Positions 1 through 6,371 of a DNA stretch of 12,832 bases are shown here, one piece after another. How positions within the stretch are numbered: position 1 is the stretch's first letter; each line of letters starts with the position of its first letter. Below the pieces are notes generated by a model. The model had not been told where the DNA came from. It worked only from the letters and a program-made list of their open reading frames with translations, and did not search any database. Origin of the DNA: an uncultured Deferribacteres bacterium (GTDB lineage Bacteria > Zhuqueibacterota > Zhuqueibacteria > Zhuqueibacterales > Geothermadaptataceae). Made by a program: the position numbers and the translations under genes. The stretch is taken from assembly GCA_964014485.1 (NCBI GenBank), contig CAXHAT010000213.1, positions 1 to 12,832 on the forward strand, given 5' to 3'.

Positions 1-2
1 AG

Positions 3-78
3 TTATCCACATATCCACACTTATCAACAAAGAAAGAAAAAGAAGCAAAAAGAAATAAATCTACTACTATTATTAATA
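3..78 (+). promoter_or_regulatory. Putative replication origin (oriC-like) unwinding module: DnaA boxes, A-rich spacer, DnaA-trio-like run
   Basis: TTATCCACA at 3-11 is a perfect DnaA box. ATATCCACA (11-19, overlapping) and TTATCAACA (21-29) each have 1 mismatch and are co-oriented. 30-60 is a purine/A-rich tract. CTA-CTA-CTA-TTA-TTA-ATA at 61-78 has the complement 3'-GAT GAT GAT AAT AAT TAT-5', matching the DnaA-trio consensus 3'-(G/A)AT-5' in 5 of 6 units. Non-coding and very AT-rich; probably truncated by the window start. Confidence 0.75.
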
Positions 79-255
79 ACCTTAATACAAGAACAAAGAC
101 AGTCTAGTGCTCTAATCCACCTTAACTGTTCGGTATAACTGTCTTGACATTGGGGTCCACTTCAAGATTCACGTGCAAACCCAGGCGTCAATTACTCGCT
201 CATGCCTTTAACTGTGCGCTCAAAATAAGGTTATGGATACGAAAAGTCACCACCC

Positions 256-276
256 AAAAGTGTGGAAAAAGTGTGG
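256..276 (-). repeat. Tandem direct repeat AAAAGTGTGG x2 (11-bp period) containing a reverse-strand DnaA box
   Basis: AAAAGTGTGG at 256-265 and 267-276. TGTGGAAAA at 261-269 reads TTTTCCACA on the - strand, a perfect TTWTNCACA match. Confidence 0.55.
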
Positions 277-280
277 TAAT

Positions 281-502
281 TATTACAACGTTAAGTCCGC
301 GGGATCGCGTAAGAAAAGTGTCGTTCTCGTTCCAATGCTTTGCCCCCGGCGTCCCGAGGGTAAACCGTTGGAATGCAGCCCCGGCGCTTCGCGCCAATTC
401 ATTCAGGCTCAAAATTGTGCGGACGGAACCGGCGCGAAGCGCCGCAAGCTGCATGACCACGCGAAGCATGGTCACGAGAATGTTGGACTTAACGTTGTAA
501 TA
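281..502. mobile_element. MITE-like non-autonomous element (222 bp)
   Basis: Perfect 18-bp terminal inverted repeats TATTACAACGTTAAGTCC (281-298) and GGACTTAACGTTGTAATA (485-502). Flanked by the direct repeat TAAT (277-280 and 503-506). No credible internal coding capacity. Confidence 0.75.
324..480. repeat. REP-doublet (REPIN-like) nested inverted repeat inside the MITE
   Basis: Nested complementary arms: TTCTCGT 324-330 / ACGAGAA 474-480; ATGCTT 335-340 / AAGCAT 464-469; ATGCAGC 373-379 / GCTGCAT 448-454; CGGCGCTTCGCGCC 382-395 / GGCGCGAAGCGCCG 431-444 (perfect 14 bp). Each half also has its own local hairpin: TTCCAA 330-335 / TTGGAA 368-373 and TGACCA 454-459 / TGGTCA 469-474. Confidence 0.75.
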
Positions 503-508
503 TAATTT

Positions 509-3160
509 ATGAGACGAGAAGAAATCAGCCGTAATTCGCAAGCAAACTTAATCGACCCTTTAACAGAACGTGAGCTGGAAATCTTGCGTCTGCTGGCTGA
601 TGGCAATACCAATAAAACAATTGCGCAACACCTCTTTCTGTCTATCGACACAGTCAAATGGTACAACAGTCGAATCTATGACAAGCTATTTGTCAAAAAT
701 CGCACGCAGGCCGTTAAAAAAGCCGGGGAGCAGGGCTTGCTCGATAGCATAACGCCCCAGTCAGCGTCTCTCCGGGAAAGCAAGCCACACAACAATCTAC
801 CAGCAGCAACCGCCCCATTTATCGGTCGTGAGCAAGAATTGAGCAATATCGCCAATCTACTCAAAGAAGAAGACGTCCGGCTCATCACGATTGTGGCAGT
901 TGGGGGCATGGGCAAGACCCGCTTGGCATTGGAAGCAGCAAAAACGCAACTATCCGTTTTTTTGAATGGCGTATTTTTTATCCCTCTCGTGCAATTGCGC
1001 GCCGTCGAAGATATTATCCCCGCAATTACCACAAATCTGAATGTGCAGCTCTCTGATTCAGATGAACCGATGGCGCAATTGCAAAATTATCTCCGCGGTA
1101 AAGAGTTATTGCTCATCTTCGATAACTTCGAACATTTGCTGGACGGCGCCGGCTTCATCATATCTCTGCTTGAATCCGCTCCAAATATCAAGATCATTGT
1201 CACCTCGCGAGAGCGCCTAAACCTGCGAGGCGAGACCGTTTATCCTTTGGGCAGTTTGGCGCTGCCTGCAAACGATACAGCGGCTGGGATTCTAAATTGC
1301 AGCGCTACCCAGCTTTTTGTTCAGCGCGCGCGAATGGTGCAGGCGAAATGCACCGTGTCCAATGATGATCTCGAACACGTTTACCGTATCTGCCTGCAGG
1401 TTGGCGGTATGCCGCTCGGAATCGAATTGGCGGCAAGTCTTGTTGATATTCTAACGCCGGCGGAAATTGCGTCTGAGATCGAGCGCAGCTTTGATGTATT
1501 GGAAACGGATATGCGGGATATGCCGCGCCGATTGCGTAGTATTCGGGCAGTTTTTGATTATTCGTGGTCGCGACTCACGGAGAGTGATCGGCAAATTTAT
1601 ATGCGTTTAGCCGTTTTTCGAGCCGGCTTTACCTTCGATGCTGCTCGAGCCGTGGCGGGGGCGACCATTCGTGTGCTGCAACGACTGGCGAATAAATCAC
1701 TGCTTCAGCGTGAAGCGGAAAACGGCCGCTATACGATTCACGAGCTTCTACGCCAATACATTGAAGAAAAATTGAACGCTTCCGGAACGGCGGATAAGAC
1801 CTGTCAAGCCCACACTGCCTACTACACATCCCTCATGTCACAATGCGAAAGCGGCGTCAAAAGCAATAAACAATTAGAAGCCCTCAATCAAATCGAAGCT
1901 GATTTTGAAAATATCCGTGCAGCCTGGCAGCGGGCTGTTGCTGAAGCTGATTTTGACGCGATAGCTCAAGCATTGGAAGCGCTCTACTGGTTTTGCGTCA
2001 TGCGGGCGCGCGTACCTGAAGGTAAGGAGTTGTTGCAGCTTGCTCAGAGAAAGTTAGGCATTTCATTTGAGCCAGATGCACATCCTGTTCAACGCCGCCT
2101 ATTACTCGCTTTTGATAACAGTGGTGAAGATTACCGCACCCGGATTGCACGGATGTTGACTGTTGCTCGCGAACAAAAAAACGAAAATGAAATTGCCTTC
2201 TTTTTGTGGATGTTGGGCGTGAATAGATATGCTTCTCACGATATGGAACAAACCTTCAAAACATTAAAAGAAGCTTTAGCGCTGTTTCAAGAACTCGGTG
2301 ATCCTTTTTATCAATCTGAAGCTTTGCATATGCTTGGTATGAGCAGCCGCTTCCTCGGCCAGACAGGAACGGCGCGAATGTATGAGGAGCAAGCCTGTGA
2401 GCTCAGTCGTAGAACGGACAATAAATTTGCCTTGGGGCGTGCTTTGGGAAGCCAGGGCTTGATGGCTGTGTTTGAAGATAATAATGCGCAGGTTCAAAGC
2501 TATTTGCAGGAAGCGATAATAATACGCAATGAACTTGGTGATCGGGCCGGCGTCGCGAAATCTGTGATGAGCCTTGGCCAGGACGCCTTTTTTAAGGGGG
2601 ATTTTTCAAATGCGCGACGATATGCGGAAGAAGGCTATGCGCTTGCCGTAGATAGCAATAGCCCCATCCCCAAAGAATTCACGCAAATTGTGCTAGGCTG
2701 GTTGGCTGCTATGGCGGAGGATTATCGCAAAGCCTGGGATTTGTGCCGCGAGAGCGAGCGAACAGCACATGATCCAAATGTCATCGCTTGCACCCAGTTC
2801 GGACTCGCAATGGCGGCTTGTGGGCTTGAAGATTTTTCGGCGGGTGAAAAGTATTTAAATACCCTGTTTTTATCCCAAAGTCCTTTTCATACGGCCAAAG
2901 GACTTCTCTCTTTTTTGGCGGTAGCAGTTATTTTATTGGGTAGTCAGGGACGAACAGGACAAGCAGTTGAAGCGCTGGCGCTGGCCCTGACTCACCCCAA
3001 AAGTCCAACAAGCTGGATTGAGAAATGGCCGTTGCTTGAGCAATGGCAAAAAAAGCTGGAAACGGCGCTGGGTTCCAAAAAATATCAGTCGGCTTGGGCG
3101 CAGGGAACAAAGTTGGAGCTTGAGGTTTTGATTGGTGAGTTGAAGTTTGGCGGAGAATAA
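509..3160 (+). CDS. Transcriptional regulator: N-terminal LuxR-type HTH + STAND (NB-ARC-like) ATPase + C-terminal TPR repeats (883 aa)
   Basis: LuxR HTH LTERELEILRLLADGNTNKTIAQHLFLSIDTVK. Pre-P-loop NLPA..PFIGREQEL, Walker A AVGGMGKT, Walker B LLLIFDNFEH, sensor VTSRE, GxP motif GGMPLGIELAA, MHD-like YTIHELLRQY. TPR-like helices such as EALALFQELGD and EAIIIRNELGD. The start codon has no clear SD, so it is less certain. Confidence 0.93.
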   Translation: MRREEISRNSQANLIDPLTERELEILRLLADGNTNKTIAQHLFLSIDTVKWYNSRIYDKLFVKNRTQAVKKAGEQGLLDSITPQSASLRESKPHNNLPAATAPFIGREQELSNIANLLKEEDVRLITIVAVGGMGKTRLALEAAKTQLSVFLNGVFFIPLVQLRAVEDIIPAITTNLNVQLSDSDEPMAQLQNYLRGKELLLIFDNFEHLLDGAGFIISLLESAPNIKIIVTSRERLNLRGETVYPLGSLALPANDTAAGILNCSATQLFVQRARMVQAKCTVSNDDLEHVYRICLQVGGMPLGIELAASLVDILTPAEIASEIERSFDVLETDMRDMPRRLRSIRAVFDYSWSRLTESDRQIYMRLAVFRAGFTFDAARAVAGATIRVLQRLANKSLLQREAENGRYTIHELLRQYIEEKLNASGTADKTCQAHTAYYTSLMSQCESGVKSNKQLEALNQIEADFENIRAAWQRAVAEADFDAIAQALEALYWFCVMRARVPEGKELLQLAQRKLGISFEPDAHPVQRRLLLAFDNSGEDYRTRIARMLTVAREQKNENEIAFFLWMLGVNRYASHDMEQTFKTLKEALALFQELGDPFYQSEALHMLGMSSRFLGQTGTARMYEEQACELSRRTDNKFALGRALGSQGLMAVFEDNNAQVQSYLQEAIIIRNELGDRAGVAKSVMSLGQDAFFKGDFSNARRYAEEGYALAVDSNSPIPKEFTQIVLGWLAAMAEDYRKAWDLCRESERTAHDPNVIACTQFGLAMAACGLEDFSAGEKYLNTLFLSQSPFHTAKGLLSFLAVAVILLGSQGRTGQAVEALALALTHPKSPTSWIEKWPLLEQWQKKLETALGSKKYQSAWAQGTKLELEVLIGELKFGGE

Positions 3161-3243
3161 CGGCCGCTTAATCGGGTTCTGCTTCAAAAATGCAGTTATT
3201 TTCAGAAGCCGTACAAGCCGTCAGGATTTGTACTTTGTTAGAT
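3155..3243. other. Structured intergenic region between convergent genes (two hairpins; possible bidirectional terminator or degenerate attC-like site)
   Basis: Hairpin 1: GCTTC 3181-3185 / GAAGC 3205-3209 with inner AAAAT/ATTTT. Hairpin 2: GTACAA 3211-3216 / TTGTAC 3228-3233. Bounded by GAATAAC (3155-3161) and GTTAGAT (3237-3243). Confidence 0.35.
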
Positions 3244-3693
3244 GATCTTTTTCAATCGTCGTCTGTATTGCCAAATAACAATGACGCCTATAATTCCCAG
3301 AATGGACATTATTGCCGCAAAGTATACCTCGCCGATATTCCAACGAGTATAATGCAGGGCGCGGTGTTCCGGTCTTACGTCAAAATCGATCCAGGGGCCG
3401 ACCCTTCCAATCACAAAGATCAAAACTCTGAAAGCATGCAATAGAGCCGCCGCCGCTCCAAGTCGAAGCGGCGTCCTGTCCCTGGCGGCATCATTTGACT
3501 TCCACCAGATGACCGAGAAGACCGCACATCCCAGGTCGATTAAAAATTCAGCAATTAACAACACCGAGACCCACAACACAAGAATCTCCAAGTCTCCCTG
3601 GAGAATCATGGTGCTCGTTCGGAACAAGAGCACACAAGCGCCGAGAAACAACAAGCTTGCATACAAACGTTGTTTTGAGCCTGATTGAATCAT
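3238..3693 (-). CDS. Hypothetical integral membrane protein, about 4 TM segments (151 aa)
   Basis: Four hydrophobic stretches and a basic C-terminal tail (RRRLKK). ATG at 3693 is preferred over the TTG at 3708 because a GGGTGG SD-like sequence lies at 3701-3706. Confidence 0.8.
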   Translation of the reverse strand: MIQSGSKQRLYASLLFLGACVLLFRTSTMILQGDLEILVLWVSVLLIAEFLIDLGCAVFSVIWWKSNDAARDRTPLRLGAAAALLHAFRVLIFVIGRVGPWIDFDVRPEHRALHYTRWNIGEVYFAAIMSILGIIGVIVIWQYRRRLKKII

Positions 3694-3706
3694 TTTTAAT
3701 CCACCC

Positions 3707-3750
3707 AAACCGGGACCGATTAGCAGTCGTCAGCTAGCTACTCCCGGTTT
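3707..3750. repeat. Intergenic stem-loop
   Basis: Perfect 9-bp arms AAACCGGGA (3707-3715) and TCCCGGTTT (3742-3750), with inner TAGC/GCTA pairing. Directly abuts the SD of the membrane-protein gene. Confidence 0.55.
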
Positions 3751-3767
3751 CTTGAGCTGGGGCGCAA

Positions 3768-3935
3768 TTATGGGCTAGGCGATTCTTTCCCTGCTTCGTC
3801 AACTTCATTAGCGACGGTTTTCAGAAAATTGGAGACAGCCGCGTTTCGCATGACGCTCGACGCTTCAGGCCACGCGCTGTTGATCGCGACCACGAGGCAC
3901 CTCACAGAATCGATATGGATCATTTGGCCGTAAAT
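3768..3935 (-). pseudogene. C-terminal remnant of a beta-lactamase-fold (class C/NylB-like) serine hydrolase
   Basis: Manual translation gives IYGQMIHIDSVRCLVVAINSAWPEASSVMRNAAVSNFLKTVANEVDEAGKESPSP*. This resembles the G-x-x-GQ-x-I-x-I-D-P-x-x-x-L-V-V-x-x-x-S C-terminal strands of this family. An in-frame TGA lies 4 codons upstream and there is no SxxK region. Not in the supplied ORF track. Confidence 0.65.
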
Positions 3936-3954
3936 GAAGAATGGTCAATTGAGT

Positions 3955-5007
3955 CTAAGTCAAATATTCCAAAATCAAATTGGTCGACTCGATGATGCGC
4001 TCATCACGTGGACGCAAATCCGGTTCGAAAGCTTTTCCTGTGAGATGCTGCAATCCGGAAATATAGCGCACCGCGATTTCATTGCTTTGCTCTGTTGAAA
4101 ACTGCATGCCTTTATCTTTCACCATGCCGCGAGCAAATTCTTTCGAAAAGGAAACCGGCTTGCCGTCTCTTTTCATAACAGAACCGTCATCATTCAGTTT
4201 CCAAAAGCGGGATGAATCCATGGTGTAAAGTTCATCCGCGGCAACGATTTGGTTACGGGCACTGACGCCATGCTCAGTTTTCGTGTCGACCAATACCATG
4301 CCCTTTTCTCGCAGATATTGTGACACAATACCAAACGCCATCATAGAGGCGTTGCGAATATGCTGGTATTGGTCTGCAGTGCAAATGTCATTTTTGATCA
4401 AAAAGGCCGGATCGATGGTTCGATCGACTTTCTCTTTGGTCGAAGGCGTATCCATGAGATAAGGAAGCTTGCCGTTAGGGCTGAGAGAATCTGCGTCAAT
4501 TTTATGACCGGCATATTCAAACACGCCCAGGTTTTGCTCTTTTGCTTTTAGCCAATGTTGAAATAAAGAAGTGGAAGTCGAACTTTCGGCATTGTACATG
4601 CGCAAGACATTTTCCAGCATGATCAGCTTTAAATTTTCCGCGGGGATGACTGTTGAAGACGGTTGCAATCCCGGAACTTCGAATTGCGACGATCCCAAAA
4701 CGTCTTTGACCAGATTGAGCATGTGATCATGATTTTGGGCGAGAACCTGATCTTTGAAAGGAATCGCGCCTCGGTTGACGTCATGCGTAGAAATACGATT
4801 TCCGCGAAACATGAGACGAATGGGCGCGCCGTCCTTTGTTTTCAGGCTGTCACTGAAAACGGAATCCGATACTTTTCCTTCCAGAATAGTGGCGCCGATC
4901 AGCTTGGGAATATCATTGTCAGCAATAATTTGTTTGATGGGTCTGCCTTCATTCACCCGCATCCCATAATCATTGACCAGGTCTCTTATTTCAACATCTG
5001 TCAGCAT
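3955..5007 (-). CDS. purC: SAICAR synthetase-family protein, divergent (350 aa)
   Basis: Ordered PurC-like motifs: GKVSD, RISTHD..IPFKDQVL, ENVLRMY, TPSTKE, GMVLVDTKTEHG, ADELYTMDSSRFW, SFSKEFAR. ATG at 5007 has GGAG 6 nt upstream. Confidence 0.85.
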   Translation of the reverse strand: MLTDVEIRDLVNDYGMRVNEGRPIKQIIADNDIPKLIGATILEGKVSDSVFSDSLKTKDGAPIRLMFRGNRISTHDVNRGAIPFKDQVLAQNHDHMLNLVKDVLGSSQFEVPGLQPSSTVIPAENLKLIMLENVLRMYNAESSTSTSLFQHWLKAKEQNLGVFEYAGHKIDADSLSPNGKLPYLMDTPSTKEKVDRTIDPAFLIKNDICTADQYQHIRNASMMAFGIVSQYLREKGMVLVDTKTEHGVSARNQIVAADELYTMDSSRFWKLNDDGSVMKRDGKPVSFSKEFARGMVKDKGMQFSTEQSNEIAVRYISGLQHLTGKAFEPDLRPRDERIIESTNLILEYLT

Positions 5008-5227
5008 TACATTCTCCAAAATAACGCAGTATTGAGCTCAGCATTTAGCTTGAACGATTGTCGTTTTGATACAAGTCACTTAATTCAAAAAAATGAAAAA
5101 TCCTACGAAAAGCGCCGCAAATCTTTTGTCAAATTGCCTTTCATTTGCTTTCAACTTTTCACCAACTGGCGTGCTTTCCTCATGCTCCTTGCTTCGGATT
5201 TTGAAAACAATAGTTGTCTGGTTGGGG

Positions 5228-6223
5228 TTAGTCGAAGAGCATCTCCATGAAGGCCTTGATCTCTGAATCAGACATCGTACGATAGGTCTCGAAAGTGACA
5301 TGTTCGTGAGGTGCATCAAGGTTTAACTCGATTCCCCAAAGAGGACGGATGCTGGTCGGCAGCATGGCGAAACGTACATCCCCCAAGACGTTGGGGCGCT
5401 CCGGGTGCCAGGCGAGAAAGCCGTCAGAGAACAAGTCAAAGCGTTGGATGTCACGATAGACGGCCGTCTGATTTGTGACTTGAGGCAGGTCACGGTTGAG
5501 GTCAAAGGCCTGCACCCTGTCACCTTTAAAGACCTTGCCGTTGTTGGGCAGACCAACACGTACAGCGTCGACGTAATAAATGCCATCCGTTTCATAAACC
5601 GACCGCCACAGCAGCAGATTGCCGATTGTGGGTTTGACGATCAGGCGTTCAATGACGTGGCCCCGTTGCTGAGCCTGCACCTGTGCGAGCGTTTCAGCGC
5701 GATGGCGCTGAAGCGCGCCGAGCGACAAATAGGCGACAGCGAAAACGACGCCCGCCCGCGCAGCCAGCGGTTGATATTTTACGACGCCAAAGACAAGAGC
5801 GACGATCAGTGCCAGGGAAAAAAGCGGGTCGAAAATGGAGATGACGCTCCAGGCGGTTCGAGCGTCGCTGAATGGCCATAACAAATGAGTACCGTAGCTC
5901 GTGCAGGCGTCCAGAATACCAGCAGTGGCGTATCCGGTGAGCGCGTAAAGATAGATTTTCTTAAACCCCAGCCGTTTTCTCAAAAATGGCCAGAACAGGA
6001 ATGCGGCAATGAGGGCTCCGACTGGAATAAACGAGATCGCATGAGTGAAGTGTCGGTGATTCTCCAGAAAGAGCAGTGGGTCTTCGGCCGAACGCATGAG
6101 TGTATCGGCGTCGGCGAGCAGCGGCGCACAGAAGCCAACGAATGAGGCCAAACGCACTTCATTGGGCTTCGCGACTGCTTGTGCAACAGTTGCCCCGATC
6201 AAACCCTGAGTGACTATGTCCAT
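5228..6223 (-). CDS. Inner-membrane putative metal-dependent hydrolase, YdjM-like family (331 aa)
   Basis: Family-type N-terminus MDIVTQGLIGA; motifs DAD, HRHFTHA, LDACTSYGTHLLWPFS and ISIFDP; multiple TM helices and a soluble C-terminal domain. The start is placed at ATG 6223, so the first 65 aa of the ORF-track call are treated as spurious. Confidence 0.88.
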   Translation of the reverse strand: MDIVTQGLIGATVAQAVAKPNEVRLASFVGFCAPLLADADTLMRSAEDPLLFLENHRHFTHAISFIPVGALIAAFLFWPFLRKRLGFKKIYLYALTGYATAGILDACTSYGTHLLWPFSDARTAWSVISIFDPLFSLALIVALVFGVVKYQPLAARAGVVFAVAYLSLGALQRHRAETLAQVQAQQRGHVIERLIVKPTIGNLLLWRSVYETDGIYYVDAVRVGLPNNGKVFKGDRVQAFDLNRDLPQVTNQTAVYRDIQRFDLFSDGFLAWHPERPNVLGDVRFAMLPTSIRPLWGIELNLDAPHEHVTFETYRTMSDSEIKAFMEMLFD

Positions 6224-6371
6224 GAAATTTTTGCCCTTCCCGCTGTATGTAGTTTTTGGTTTTATACCGGCTATGGACGTGGCGCCCCTATCAGCCAGAT
6301 GGAAGGCGCGAGACCCGCAACATTGATAGCTGTTTTGGATCAACATGACGTCGCGGTTAAGCCGGCGCCTG

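Noticed and set aside
144..172. Perfect TTGACA at 144-149 as a -35 box
   Set aside because: No acceptable -10 hexamer at 16-18 bp spacing.
113..240. Additional weak DnaA-box-like 9-mers (113-121, 130-138, 232-240)
   Set aside because: Each has 2 mismatches, which is not distinguishable from chance without binding data.
256..276. MraZ-type operator repeats
   Set aside because: Superficially similar GTG(T)GG repeats, but there is no mraZ/dcw cluster downstream.
281..502. tRNA, riboswitch or CRISPR array
   Set aside because: No cloverleaf or T-loop, no riboswitch consensus I recognise, and no repeat-spacer periodicity. TIR/TSD plus REP-like arms explain the structure.
144..666. ORFs 144-500(+), 200-541(-), 233-505(+), 472-666(-)
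   Set aside because: They run through the MITE/REP palindromes or are antisense to the LuxR gene. No recognisable motifs or SD, and no transposase-like sequence.
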